A stretch of DNA of 64,000 nt from an uncultured bacterium. GTDB lineage: Bacteria > Fidelibacterota > Marinisomatia > Marinisomatales > UBA1611. Below are positions 29,272 through 39,710 of this stretch, in pieces. Position numbers and translations under genes: made by a program. The notes beneath the pieces are model-generated. The model made no database searches. It had not been told where the DNA came from and was given only the letters and a program-made list of their open reading frames with translations. Location of the stretch: contig CBFIBM010000001.1 of NCBI GenBank assembly GCA_965660855.1, forward strand, positions 32,001-96,000. The letters run 5' to 3'. Numbering within the stretch: the first letter of the stretch is position 1; the number at the start of each line of letters is the position of its first letter.

Positions 29272-29886
29272 ATGAGTGTAGAACATTATGTTAATTTATT
29301 TACACGGTCTGTTTTTATTGATAACATGATATTAGCATACTTTTTAGGTATGTGTTCATTTTTAGCAATTTCAAAAAAAATTGATACCTCCTTAGGGCTA
29401 GGGTTTGCAGTAGTTTTTGTATTAACTGTCACTGCACCTTTGAACTGGGTAGTCCATGAATTTTTCTTAATGGATGGTGCTCTATCATGGGCTGGTTTTC
29501 CTAATGTAGATTTAAGTTTTTTAAATTATATAATTTTTATTGCTGTTATAGCTACAGCAGTACAATTAGTTGAAATGGTGCTTGATAAATTTTCTCCAAC
29601 TCTTTACAACAATCTTGGAATTTTTCTGCCATTGATTGCAGTGAACTGCGCAATTTTAGGCGGTTCTATGTTTATGGTCGAGAGAAAATATACATTTTCA
29701 GAAACAATAGTATACGGATTTGGTTCTGGAGTTGGGTTCCTTTTAGCAATTGCTGCAATGGCAGCGATAAGACATAGATTGAGGTATTCAAATGTACCAA
29801 AAGAATTGAGAGGAGTAGGAATAACAATGCTCTTGACAGGTTTAATTTCAATGGCCTTTATGGCATTTAGTGGGATTGATTTATAA
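29272..29886 (+). CDS. nqrE: Na+-NQR subunit E
   Basis: [25 protein letters not shown]. Confidence 0.97.
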   Translation: MSVEHYVNLFTRSVFIDNMILAYFLGMCSFLAISKKIDTSLGLGFAVVFVLTVTAPLNWVVHEFFLMDGALSWAGFPNVDLSFLNYIIFIAVIATAVQLVEMVLDKFSPTLYNNLGIFLPLIAVNCAILGGSMFMVERKYTFSETIVYGFGSGVGFLLAIAAMAAIRHRLRYSNVPKELRGVGITMLLTGLISMAFMAFSGIDL

Positions 29887-31115
29887 TGGAACAAATATTT
29901 TTAGGAGTTACAGTAGTATCGGCAATTATAGTTTCTTTAGTATTGTTAATTAATTTTGCTGAGGGAAAGTTACTCCCTCAAGGAGATATCTCAATCTTGA
30001 TTAATAATGATTCTGAAAATCAGGTAAAAACCCGACCGGGATCAACTCTGCTAAATGTTCTTTCTAATCAAACTATATTTTTACCATCTGCTTGCGGTGG
30101 TGGGGGAACATGTGCAATGTGTAAATGTCAAGTCCTTGATGGAGGGGGAGAAATACTACCAACTGAAACAGGACATATTTCAAGAAGTGAAGCAAAAGAC
30201 AACTGGAGATTAGCATGTCAGGTAAAGGTAAAAGAAGACATGAAAATTCGTGTTCCAGACGAAATATTTAGCATTCAAAAGTGGGAATGTACTGTAGAAT
30301 CAAATACAAATGTTGCAACTTTCATTAAAGAATTAGTTCTAAATCTACCAGAAGGAGAGAATCTTAATTTTGAAGCTGGTGGATATATCCAAATTGACAT
30401 ACCGGAATATCATAATCTAGCATTTAGCGAATTTGATGTAGAGGAAGAATATCATCCTGATTGGGATAAGTTTAAAATATGGGATTTAGTAGCCAATAAC
30501 GAAGAGCCCGTTTTCAGAGCTTACTCAATGGCAAATCATCCAGCAGAAGGAAATAGAGTAATGTTAAATGTTCGTATAGCTACACCACCGCCTCCATTAT
30601 GGAATGAAGCTCCTCCAGGGTTAGCATCTTCATACATATTTAATCTTAAGCCTGGTGATAAAGTAACCGTTTCTGGTCCATATGGAGAGTTTTTTATAAA
30701 AGATACTGATAGAGAGATGGTCTACATTGGAGGAGGTGCAGGTATGGCTCCTATGCGCTCTCATTTATTTCATTTGTTTAATACTTTAAAGTCCGGAAGG
30801 AAAGTTTCTTTTTGGTATGGAGCAAGATCAGTGAGAGAGATGTTCTATGATGACCAATTTAAAGAAATTGCTAAGAAATTTCCAAATTTTACATACAATG
30901 TTGCTTTATCTGAGCCTATGAAAGAAGATAATTGGGAAGGTGCTACTGGTTTTATACATCAGGTATTACATGATGAATATTTGTCTAAACATGAAGATCC
31001 AACTGAGATAGAATATTATATGTGTGGACCACCGCCAATGATTAACGCTTGCGATAACATGTTAGATAGTCTTGGTGTTGAAAAAGAGATGATAGCATAT
31101 GATAGTTTTGGTTAA
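29886..31115 (+). CDS. nqrF: Na+-NQR subunit F
   Basis: [12 protein letters not shown] and RLACQ [2Fe-2S] ligands; [26 protein letters not shown]. Confidence 0.98.
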   Translation: MEQIFLGVTVVSAIIVSLVLLINFAEGKLLPQGDISILINNDSENQVKTRPGSTLLNVLSNQTIFLPSACGGGGTCAMCKCQVLDGGGEILPTETGHISRSEAKDNWRLACQVKVKEDMKIRVPDEIFSIQKWECTVESNTNVATFIKELVLNLPEGENLNFEAGGYIQIDIPEYHNLAFSEFDVEEEYHPDWDKFKIWDLVANNEEPVFRAYSMANHPAEGNRVMLNVRIATPPPPLWNEAPPGLASSYIFNLKPGDKVTVSGPYGEFFIKDTDREMVYIGGGAGMAPMRSHLFHLFNTLKSGRKVSFWYGARSVREMFYDDQFKEIAKKFPNFTYNVALSEPMKEDNWEGATGFIHQVLHDEYLSKHEDPTEIEYYMCGPPPMINACDNMLDSLGVEKEMIAYDSFG

Positions 31116-32166
31116 AACTTATATCAAACCGATGTACAAAGAGGCCCATATTATTATGGGCTTCTTTTTTTTATGGTGTAGTTGTTCATCTCCAGATACA
31201 TACATAAATATTAATGGTCAGACTATGGGAACAACTTACTCTATAAAATTAAATATAGAAGATAAAAACTTAGATCATGATGATTTAAAAAATAAAGTAG
31301 ATTCAGTTTTAAATAGATTAAATACAGTTTTCAGCACATGGGATAATGAAAGTGAAATTTCTAATTTTAACAAAGCTCTTGATACTGATGGCATTTTAAT
31401 TTCTGAGGATTTTAAAAATGTTATAAATAGAGCACTCTCAATCTCAAACGCGACAAATGGTTATTTTGATGTTACAGTGTTTGATTTAATGTCATTCTGG
31501 GGTTTTGGACCTAAACCGTATAAAAAACCAATTAAATTAGAGAGGATTGATTCTATATTAAATTTTACTGGTTCTGAATTTTTAGTATTAGAAAAAAATA
31601 TTTTAACTAAAATACATCCTTTTGTAAAAATTGATTTAAACTCTATTGCAAAAGGGTATGGTGTGGATAAAATATTTAATTATCTAGTTGAACAAAACTT
31701 TAAAGATGTATTTGTTGAAATTGGTGGTGAAGTCAGAGCAAGAGGATACAACCCTAAAGGATCATTTTGGAAAATTGGAATAGAATCTCCTTATGAAGAT
31801 GTTAAAACAAAAGAGCCATTTATTGGAATAATTGAACTAAATAATAAATCAATGGCAACTTCAGGTAATTACAGAAATTTTATAAAATATAAAAACAAAG
31901 TACTAGGTCACACCATTGACCCAAGAAAAGGTTACCCCGTAAACTCAAATATTTTATCCGTAACCGTAATTTCGGATTTTGGAATTGTATCAGATGCTTG
32001 GGCAACAGCTATTATGGCTATGGAATATGAGAGTGCATTAAATATTTTAGAAAATACTGATAATATCAATGTTATATGGGTTTTAAATTTAGAAGGGAAA
32101 AATTATATAAGAGTATATGGAGATGTTACTTTATCAAATGAAAAATATGAAATATTAAAAAATTAA
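31099..32166 (+). CDS. apbE: FAD:protein FMN transferase ApbE (exact start uncertain)
   Basis: [54 protein letters not shown]. Confidence 0.95.
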   Translation: MIVLVKTYIKPMYKEAHIIMGFFFLWCSCSSPDTYININGQTMGTTYSIKLNIEDKNLDHDDLKNKVDSVLNRLNTVFSTWDNESEISNFNKALDTDGILISEDFKNVINRALSISNATNGYFDVTVFDLMSFWGFGPKPYKKPIKLERIDSILNFTGSEFLVLEKNILTKIHPFVKIDLNSIAKGYGVDKIFNYLVEQNFKDVFVEIGGEVRARGYNPKGSFWKIGIESPYEDVKTKEPFIGIIELNNKSMATSGNYRNFIKYKNKVLGHTIDPRKGYPVNSNILSVTVISDFGIVSDAWATAIMAMEYESALNILENTDNINVIWVLNLEGKNYIRVYGDVTLSNEKYEILKN

Positions 32167-32168
32167 TA

Positions 32169-32339
32169 TCATGTTTCAACTAAATCACAATTTTCTTTGA
32201 CTCCACCACATAAGGAACAATTTCCACTTTCATTTAAGCCTCCGCATGATCCAGAGAGAGGCTTTTTACCAAATATGACACCAACTGCCATTCCTAAAAT
32301 TGCCAAACACAAAATAAAAATTCCTAACAATAAATCCAT
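32169..32339 (-). CDS. nqrM: Na+-NQR maturation protein NqrM (DUF539), 56 aa, absent from the ORF track
   Basis: Reads MDLLLGIFILCLAILGMAVGVIFGKKPLSGSCGGLNESGNCSLCGGVKENCDLVET*: one TM helix, MAVGV...GSCGG and further Cys residues; directly next to apbE. Confidence 0.88.
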   Translation of the reverse strand: MDLLLGIFILCLAILGMAVGVIFGKKPLSGSCGGLNESGNCSLCGGVKENCDLVET

Positions 32340-32450
32340 AGATAAACTTAAGATTAATTACCTAAATCCAATAAATAAAAAAAACGATCGTAGTTCCATT
32401 TTTAGTATTTATATATGTAATTTATTGCAACAAATATTAAAATAAATTAA

Positions 32451-33872
32451 ATGAAAAATAAAATTATCTTTTTATCTACAATAGTTTCACAATCATTAAT
32501 TTTTGGTGCAGATGGTTCACATGGAAGTGCACCGCATCTCGCTGGTGAAAATTTAGCAATATTTTGGATTATACCATTTGTTGGTATACTATTATCTATT
32601 GCCATCTTTCCGTTAGTTGCTTCAGATTTTTGGCATCATAACTTTGGTAAGATCTCGCTATTCTGGGGATTAAGTTTAATTTTACCATTCCTTTTTACCT
32701 TTGGATTTCAAATTACTTTGTATGAATTACTACATGTCGGATTACTTGAATATGTACCATTTATCATACTTCTTTTATCTTTATTTACTATTTCAGGTGG
32801 AGTTTGTTTAAAGGGAGCATTAGTTGGTACTCCAATATTAAATACGGGTATTATTTTCATTGGTACTCTTCTCGCAAGTTGGATGGGAACTACTGGTGCG
32901 GCTATGTTGCTAATTAGACCTCTAATCAGAGCAAATTCTTTTAGAAAAAAAAAAGTGCACATAATTGTTTTCTTTATATTTTTAGTAGCTAATATTGGAG
33001 GTTCATTGACCCCTCTGGGTGATCCACCTCTTTTCTTGGGTTTCTTAAAAGGTGTTAACTTTTTTTGGACAACCACAGCAATGTTTTATCCGATGTTATT
33101 TATGGCAAGCTCTTTGTTAATAATTTTTTACTTTTTAGATAATTATTTTTATAATAAGGAAAAATTAAAAGAGCCTAATGAGAAAAATGATGAAAAATTA
33201 AGCATCGAAGGAGCCTTTAATTTATTCCTTTTATTTGGTGTAATCTTAGGTGTTTTGATGTCTGGTTTTTGGAAGCCAGGTATTCAAATTAGTATTTATC
33301 ACGTTGACGTAGAAATTCAAAACATATTTCGAGACATATTACTTTTAACGCTTACATACATAAGTTGGATATATACCTCCAAAAATATTAGAGATTCTAA
33401 TGAGTATACGTGGTTTCCAATTGTAGAAGTTGGGAAACTATTTGCAGGAATTTTTGTTACAATTATACCTGCTATAGCAATATTGAAAGCCGGAACTAAT
33501 GGAGCTTTATCAACGGTTGTTTCATCAGTATCCAATGATTCTGGTGAACCAATAAATTACATGTATTTCTGGCTGACAGGTATTTTATCAAGCTTCCTTG
33601 ATAACGCCCCCACTTATCTTGTTTTTTTTAATACTGCTGGTGGAGATCCATCTGTTTTAATGACAGACCTTTATAATACACTCTTAGCTATTTCAGCAGG
33701 AGCAGTTTTCATGGGTGCTAATACTTACATAGGAAATGCACCTAATTTTATGGTGAAATCAATATCAGAATCGTCTGGAATTGAGATGCCAAGTTTTTTT
33801 GGGTATTTCATAAAGTGGTCAATACCCATTTTACTACCATTATTTATTATTGTTTCTTACCTATTTTTTTAA
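32451..33872 (+). CDS. Putative sodium:proton antiporter (IT superfamily / CitMHS_2-like)
   Basis: Polytopic; GTTGAAMLL, ANIGGSLTPLGDPPLFLG, SSFLDNAPTY, YIGNAPNFMV. Confidence 0.8.
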   Translation: MKNKIIFLSTIVSQSLIFGADGSHGSAPHLAGENLAIFWIIPFVGILLSIAIFPLVASDFWHHNFGKISLFWGLSLILPFLFTFGFQITLYELLHVGLLEYVPFIILLLSLFTISGGVCLKGALVGTPILNTGIIFIGTLLASWMGTTGAAMLLIRPLIRANSFRKKKVHIIVFFIFLVANIGGSLTPLGDPPLFLGFLKGVNFFWTTTAMFYPMLFMASSLLIIFYFLDNYFYNKEKLKEPNEKNDEKLSIEGAFNLFLLFGVILGVLMSGFWKPGIQISIYHVDVEIQNIFRDILLLTLTYISWIYTSKNIRDSNEYTWFPIVEVGKLFAGIFVTIIPAIAILKAGTNGALSTVVSSVSNDSGEPINYMYFWLTGILSSFLDNAPTYLVFFNTAGGDPSVLMTDLYNTLLAISAGAVFMGANTYIGNAPNFMVKSISESSGIEMPSFFGYFIKWSIPILLPLFIIVSYLFF

Positions 33873-34414
33873 TGCGAATTACTAAAGTAACTACAAAAAC
33901 AGGGGATTCAGGCCATACAGGTTTAGGGAATGGTGAACGTATTTCTAAAAGTAGTATTAGAATTAATGCGATAGGCTCAATAGACAAATTAAACTCTGTA
34001 ATTGGTTGGGTAATTAATGCAGTTGATTCAAAATTAGCGAAAGATTTAGAAAGTATTCAGCAAGATTTATTTAACCTTGGTGGAGAACTAGCAGTTCCTG
34101 ATGTCGAGATTAATTTATTGAAAAATGATCGGCTACTGTGGCTAGAAAAAAATATTGATTTGATAAATAGTCAGTTGCCTCCACTTACGGAGTTTATTCT
34201 CCCAGGTGGCTCTGAAGAGTGCTCTAGAATTCATATTGCAAGAGCTGAATGTAGAGAGTCTGAACGAATAATCGTAAGTCTTAGTGAGGTTGAAGCAGTA
34301 CTCGAAATACATAAACAATATTTAAACAGACTTTCAGATTACCTTTTTATTGTAGCTAGAAAGTTAAAGTTAGATCAGGGTAAAGTTGAGAAATCCTGGA
34401 GTTATAAAAAATAA
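33872..34414 (+). CDS. pduO: Cob(I)alamin adenosyltransferase, PduO type; start MRITKV
   Basis: TKTGDSGHT, G.IDKLNS, FILPGG, YLNRLSDYLF; TAATG coupling with the upstream gene. Confidence 0.93.
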   Translation: MRITKVTTKTGDSGHTGLGNGERISKSSIRINAIGSIDKLNSVIGWVINAVDSKLAKDLESIQQDLFNLGGELAVPDVEINLLKNDRLLWLEKNIDLINSQLPPLTEFILPGGSEECSRIHIARAECRESERIIVSLSEVEAVLEIHKQYLNRLSDYLFIVARKLKLDQGKVEKSWSYKK

Positions 34415-34415
34415 T

Positions 34416-35441
34416 ATGGATTTCAATAATATTGGCATTGACTGGAAGAAAGTAAATAATGTCATTTTAAAAGCAGATAAAATTATGCTGACTACTCACG
34501 AAAATCCAGACGGAGATGGTTTAGGATCTGAGTGTGGAATTTATTACCACTTAAAAGAAATGGGTAAAGATGTAAAAATACTTAATTATTCAGACCTTCC
34601 AGCTCAATATCAATTTCTAAATACAGATAATATCTTTGAAACTTTTGATCTAAATGAACATAAGAATTGGATGATCGATTTAGATTTATTAATTGTTTTT
34701 GACGTTGGGGATTTTTCTCGAACTCGGACGGTAGCTGATTTCGTTTTAAAAAATAAAATAAAGGTATTAAACATTGATCATCATCCCCATCCAGAAAGTC
34801 ATAATTTTTCTTATAATTGTGTTGATTTAAAAGCTGCGGCTACCGGTTGTATGGTCTACGATTATTTAAAGATAAACAGGGTGAGCCCGATAAATAAGAA
34901 AAGTTTAGAAGGAATATATACAGCTGTTATGACTGATACCGGAAGTTTTAGATATAGTAATACAACGGGGAAATGTCATAAAATCGCTATAGAATGCTTG
35001 GAGAATAATATTGAAACACATAGAATTTTTCAAAGTATTTACGAAAATAATCCAAAATCTCGAGTAGAATTAATGGGCAAATTTCTTTCTAATATTCAAT
35101 ATGAATTAGATGAAAAGCTTGCCTGGTTCGTTATTACTCAAGATATGTTAATTAAAGCGAATGCAACGCATTCAGATGTCGAAGGATTTTCTGATCTTGT
35201 AAGAAGTATCAAAGGCGTTGAAGTTTCGATAATGATTTTTGAACAAGAAAATTCAACTTGCAGAATAAATTTCAGATCTAAAGGCTCTATTGTAATTAAT
35301 GATATAGCTAAAGAGTTAGGAGGAGGTGGACACCCTTTTGCGGCTGGTGCTAAGGTCGAAGGAAATTTAAGAGAAGTAAAAGATTTAGTAATTACCACAT
35401 CAAAAAAATTTTTGAAAAATAAATTAAAATCAATCAAATGA
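34416..35441 (+). CDS. nrnA: DHH/DHHA1 phosphoesterase (NrnA-like)
   Basis: HENPDGDGLGS, VFD, IDHH, TDTGSF, GGGGHPFAAG. Confidence 0.9.
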   Translation: MDFNNIGIDWKKVNNVILKADKIMLTTHENPDGDGLGSECGIYYHLKEMGKDVKILNYSDLPAQYQFLNTDNIFETFDLNEHKNWMIDLDLLIVFDVGDFSRTRTVADFVLKNKIKVLNIDHHPHPESHNFSYNCVDLKAAATGCMVYDYLKINRVSPINKKSLEGIYTAVMTDTGSFRYSNTTGKCHKIAIECLENNIETHRIFQSIYENNPKSRVELMGKFLSNIQYELDEKLAWFVITQDMLIKANATHSDVEGFSDLVRSIKGVEVSIMIFEQENSTCRINFRSKGSIVINDIAKELGGGGHPFAAGAKVEGNLREVKDLVITTSKKFLKNKLKSIK

Positions 35442-36301
35442 AAATTTATGTAGCAAAAGACGCAGGATATTGTTTTGGAGTTAGAGATGCTGTCAATCTT
35501 GCATATGATACTGCTGATACGCATGGAGAAGTATATATGTTAGGTACAATTGTTCATAATGAACGTGTTATTGACAATTTAGAAAAAGTAGGAACAAAAG
35601 TTGTTTCATCTCTTGAAGATGTACCAGAAAATAAACCCGTATTATTTCGTGCACATGGTACTCCTCCAGAAATTTGGAAAAAAGCAAAAGAGAGAAAATT
35701 AAACCTTATAGATGCTACATGTCCTCTAGTAGTAGACATACATAATGAAATAAAAAAACTTGAAGATGAAGGAAGGAGAACAATAATAATTGGAGATCAT
35801 GGGCATGATGAAGTTTCAGCAATTGCAGCTCAAGTAGAAAAACCGATTATTATTGCTAACCCAGATGAAGCGATGAATTTAAGAAAAATGAAAAAAGCAG
35901 GTGTAGTTAGTCAGTCTACACAGATGATTGAAAATGTTCAAGATATCATGAATATATTAATGGAAAAAGTTTTTGATTTGAGGTTTGTTAATACGATTTG
36001 TTTTCCCACCAGAAGGAATCATAGTCAAATCAAAGATTTAGCAGATAGTTGTGATACCATGATTGTGATTGGATCATTTACTAGTGCAAACTCCAAAAGA
36101 CTCACACAGCTTTCATTGGAAAAAAATAAAAACACATATCAAGTAACTAGTGCAGGTGAACTTAACGATAGTTGGTTCAAAAACTGTGAAAAAGTGGGAA
36201 TATCAGCAGGTGCTAGTACACCAGATGAAATTATAAAAGAAGTTGTTAATAAAATTAAGAAGATCGGTAAGGTAACCGAGGAGGAAATAGTTTATGAATA
36301 A
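35438..36301 (+). CDS. ispH: 4-hydroxy-3-methylbut-2-enyl diphosphate reductase
   Basis: AGYCFGV, IVHN, RAHG, DATCP, HDEV, NTIC, SANS, AGASTP. Confidence 0.97.
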   Translation: MKIYVAKDAGYCFGVRDAVNLAYDTADTHGEVYMLGTIVHNERVIDNLEKVGTKVVSSLEDVPENKPVLFRAHGTPPEIWKKAKERKLNLIDATCPLVVDIHNEIKKLEDEGRRTIIIGDHGHDEVSAIAAQVEKPIIIANPDEAMNLRKMKKAGVVSQSTQMIENVQDIMNILMEKVFDLRFVNTICFPTRRNHSQIKDLADSCDTMIVIGSFTSANSKRLTQLSLEKNKNTYQVTSAGELNDSWFKNCEKVGISAGASTPDEIIKEVVNKIKKIGKVTEEEIVYE

Positions 36302-37175
36302 AGATTCTTTTGCTATAAAAGTTGGCTTAGCTGAAATGCTGAAAGGTGGCGTGATCATGGACGTTACCAATAAGGAACAAGCAAAAATTGCAGAAGATGC
36401 TGGGGCTTGTGCAGTAATGGCTCTGGAGAGAATTCCTGCCGACATACGAAGGGATGGTGGAATTGCAAGGATGAGTGACCCTGAAATGATACAGGGTATT
36501 CAAAATTCTGTATCTATTCCAGTTATGGCAAAATGCCGAATTGGTCATTTTGCAGAGGCTCAAGTACTAGAATCATTAGAAGTTGATTTCATTGATGAAA
36601 GTGAAGTCCTAACACCTGCTGATGAGCATAATCATGTTTGGAAACATGATTATAAAATTCCATTTGTATGTGGATGTAGAAATCTTGGAGAAGCTCTTCG
36701 CCGTATAAGCGAAGGAGCAGCTATGATTAGAACAAAAGGTGAAGCTGGAAGTGGGAATATTGTTGAAGCAGTGCGTCACATGAGGACAGTTATGACGGAA
36801 ATAAAAAGAGTAACTCGATTAGATATAGAAGAATTAGTTGCAGAGTCAAAACATTTAGGCGCTCCTTTATCTCTACTTCAAGAGGTTGCAAAAACTGGTA
36901 AATTACCTGTTCCTAATTTTGCTGCAGGTGGTATAGCAACCCCAGCGGATGCATCTTTAATGATGCAGCTAGGTGCTGAAACAGTTTTTGTTGGGTCTGG
37001 AATTTTTAAAAGTGATGACCCTATCTCAAGAGCAAAAGCAGTTGTGAAGGCAACTACACACTATAAAGATGCTAAAATAGTTGCTACTGCAAGCACTGGA
37101 CTTAAAAAAGCTATGAAAGGTCTTGACATTTCTGAAATTCCTGAAGATGAAAGAATGCAAGAGAGGGGCTGGTAG
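36294..37175 (+). CDS. pdxS: Pyridoxal 5'-phosphate synthase lyase subunit
   Basis: [47 protein letters not shown]. Confidence 0.98.
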   Translation: MNKDSFAIKVGLAEMLKGGVIMDVTNKEQAKIAEDAGACAVMALERIPADIRRDGGIARMSDPEMIQGIQNSVSIPVMAKCRIGHFAEAQVLESLEVDFIDESEVLTPADEHNHVWKHDYKIPFVCGCRNLGEALRRISEGAAMIRTKGEAGSGNIVEAVRHMRTVMTEIKRVTRLDIEELVAESKHLGAPLSLLQEVAKTGKLPVPNFAAGGIATPADASLMMQLGAETVFVGSGIFKSDDPISRAKAVVKATTHYKDAKIVATASTGLKKAMKGLDISEIPEDERMQERGW

Positions 37176-37177
37176 CC

Positions 37178-37783
37178 ATTATTGGAGTATTAGAACTTCA
37201 AGGTGGTTTTGATTTACATCATGAGATATTAGATAAATTAGGTTTACCTTCTAGCTCTGTAAAAAGTAAAAATGACCTTGATTTAGTAGATGGATTAATT
37301 ATCCCAGGAGGTGAATCAACCACAATGTCTTTATTGATTAATGATAATGATCTATTTATTCCATTAAAAACATTTGGTGAAAATAAACCGGTTTTAGGTA
37401 CTTGTGCTGGTTTAATATTGATGTCGAAGAGTTGTAATGATACAAAAATTAACCCACTTGGATTTTTAGATATAGATGTTTCAAGAAATGCATATGGTAG
37501 CCAAGTATACTCAAAAGAAGAAATAGTGGATTATAATTTTGGTGATGGTAACCCTATTAAGATATCGACAACCTTGATTCGTGCTCCAAAAATCATTAAA
37601 TACAGTAAAGATTCTATTATTCTAGGTAAGCTTAAATCTGATCCTGTTGCAATCTTATCAAATCACTTTTTAGGGCTTACATTTCATCCTGAATTAAATG
37701 GGATTAAAATATTTCATGAAGTACTTTTTGATACAAAAAGTAAGTACTTTTATAAAAATATAATTAATAATTATGAAACTTAA
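37178..37783 (+). CDS. pdxT: Pyridoxal 5'-phosphate synthase glutaminase subunit; extends 49 codons upstream of the first ATG (probable non-canonical start near 37178)
   Basis: The in-frame upstream sequence reads IIGVLELQGGF...DGLIIPGGESTTM, followed by GTCAG, RNAYG, IRAP, FHPEL. Confidence 0.92.
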   Translation: MIGVLELQGGFDLHHEILDKLGLPSSSVKSKNDLDLVDGLIIPGGESTTMSLLINDNDLFIPLKTFGENKPVLGTCAGLILMSKSCNDTKINPLGFLDIDVSRNAYGSQVYSKEEIVDYNFGDGNPIKISTTLIRAPKIIKYSKDSIILGKLKSDPVAILSNHFLGLTFHPELNGIKIFHEVLFDTKSKYFYKNIINNYET

Positions 37784-39710
37784 ATATTTAAATAAAATTA
37801 ATGAGCCTCAGGACATAAGAGGTTTTAATGATAATCAACTTTTAGAACTCTGCGATGAAATAAGGTCGCATACAATTGAAACTATTACTCAGATTGGTGG
37901 ACATCTCGCACCAACGTTAGGAGTTGTAGAATTGACAGTTGCTCTTCACTATGTTTTCAATACTCCTGAAGATAAATTAGTTTGGGATGTTGGCCATCAA
38001 GGCTATGCGCACAAATTACTAACAGGTAGATATAATGATTTCTCAACAATTAGACAGTATGAGGGGCTAAGTGGTTTTTTAAAAAGATCAGAAAGTAAAT
38101 TTGATGTAATTGGAGCAGGTCACGCGTCAACATCTATTTCTGCTGCCTTGGGTCTTGCTGAAGCTAGAAGACAAAAAAATAAAAATTTTAGAGTTGGAGC
38201 AATTATAGGTGATGGGTCAATGACTGGTGGATTAGCATATGAGGCAATAAACAATGCAGGACATCTTGGTAACCAATTTTTAGTTATCCTCAATGATAAT
38301 GAAATGTCTATTAGCCCGAATGTTGGTGCAATTTCACGATACTTCACAAGATTGATTTCAAATCCTCTTTATAATAGAGTAAGAAATGAATTTTGGGATT
38401 TAACTGGAAAATTACCTATTGCAAGTCAAAAGACTAGATCTCTTATAAAGAAGATAGAAGAAAGCCTAAAAAGTTTATTGGTTCCAGGAATCCTTTTCGA
38501 TGAACTAGGTTTCCGTTATTTTGGTCCTATTGATGGACACGATATAAAAGAAGTGATTAAAACACTCGAAAACATAAAAGACATACAAAACCCTGTTTTA
38601 TTACATATACTGACAAAAAAAGGTAAAGGAATGGTTTCCACAAATTTTCAGAATCAAGAGTACCATGATGATGCTGTAAAATTTCATGCAGTAAAACCAG
38701 AAAAAAAAGATAGTCAAATAAATAACAAAGAAATAATAAACGGTAATATTCCTAGCTTTCAGGATGTATTTGGGAAACTTACTATAGAAATAGCAAAAAA
38801 CAGAAAAGATACTGTATGCATTACTGCTGCAATGCGTGAAGGAACTGGATTAGTTCCTTATTCAAAAGAATTTCCCGATAGGTACTATGATGTAGGCATT
38901 GCTGAAGGGCATGGTGTGACTTTTGCCTCAGGCTTAGCCGCCGAAGGGATTAGACCTATTGCTGCAATTTATTCAACATTTCTTCAAAGAGCATATGATC
39001 ATATTATTCATGATTGTGCCATACAACACCTTCCTGTTATTTTTTGTATGGATAGAGCGGGTATAGCTGGTGAAGATGGTCCAACTCATCATGGTGCACT
39101 TGATATAGCATATTTAAGGTGTATACAAGATTTGATTGTAACTGCGCCAAAAAATGGGAACGAATTTAGAGCATTGTTGTACACTGCATTAAACATTAAA
39201 GATAAACCATTTACAATAAGATATCCGAAGTCTAGCTCTGTAGAATTCGAAGAGTTAGGCCAAAGTGAATTGATTCCTGTTGGTTCATGGGAAACATGTA
39301 TGAAAGGAGAAGACGTAGCAATTCTTGCTGTAGGGCCAATGGTTTATGATGCTATAAATGCAGCTAAAAGATTAATAACAAAAGGTATTTCTTGTGAAAT
39401 AGTTAATTGTCGATTTATCAAACCAATGGACATCTCTAAACTTAAATCTATAAAAAATAAATTCAATAAAATTATAACCATTGAGGAAGGCGTAATAACT
39501 GGAGGCTTTGGAGATGGTGTTGCAAGCTGGTTGCTAGAGGAAGAGTTTAGTGGTAAGCTAAAAAGACTTGGGCTTCCTGATCAATTTGTTGAACATGGAC
39601 CTAGAGATACATTATTGAAAAATCTAGGATTAGATTCTGTTGGAATTGAGAATACTATATGTAAAATACTAGATACCTCAAATAAAGAAAATAATGAAAA
39701 AACAGCTTGA
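37773..39710 (+). CDS. dxs: 1-deoxy-D-xylulose-5-phosphate synthase
   Basis: GGHL, WDVGHQ, GDGSMTGG...LNDN, DVGIAEGH, DGPTHHG. Confidence 0.98.
   Translation: MKLKYLNKINEPQDIRGFNDNQLLELCDEIRSHTIETITQIGGHLAPTLGVVELTVALHYVFNTPEDKLVWDVGHQGYAHKLLTGRYNDFSTIRQYEGLSGFLKRSESKFDVIGAGHASTSISAALGLAEARRQKNKNFRVGAIIGDGSMTGGLAYEAINNAGHLGNQFLVILNDNEMSISPNVGAISRYFTRLISNPLYNRVRNEFWDLTGKLPIASQKTRSLIKKIEESLKSLLVPGILFDELGFRYFGPIDGHDIKEVIKTLENIKDIQNPVLLHILTKKGKGMVSTNFQNQEYHDDAVKFHAVKPEKKDSQINNKEIINGNIPSFQDVFGKLTIEIAKNRKDTVCITAAMREGTGLVPYSKEFPDRYYDVGIAEGHGVTFASGLAAEGIRPIAAIYSTFLQRAYDHIIHDCAIQHLPVIFCMDRAGIAGEDGPTHHGALDIAYLRCIQDLIVTAPKNGNEFRALLYTALNIKDKPFTIRYPKSSSVEFEELGQSELIPVGSWETCMKGEDVAILAVGPMVYDAINAAKRLITKGISCEIVNCRFIKPMDISKLKSIKNKFNKIITIEEGVITGGFGDGVASWLLEEEFSGKLKRLGLPDQFVEHGPRDTLLKNLGLDSVGIENTICKILDTSNKENNEKTA

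Noticed and set aside
32197..32445. 82-aa plus-strand ORF between apbE and the antiporter
   Set aside because: Shadow of the minus-strand nqrM, which carries the family motifs.
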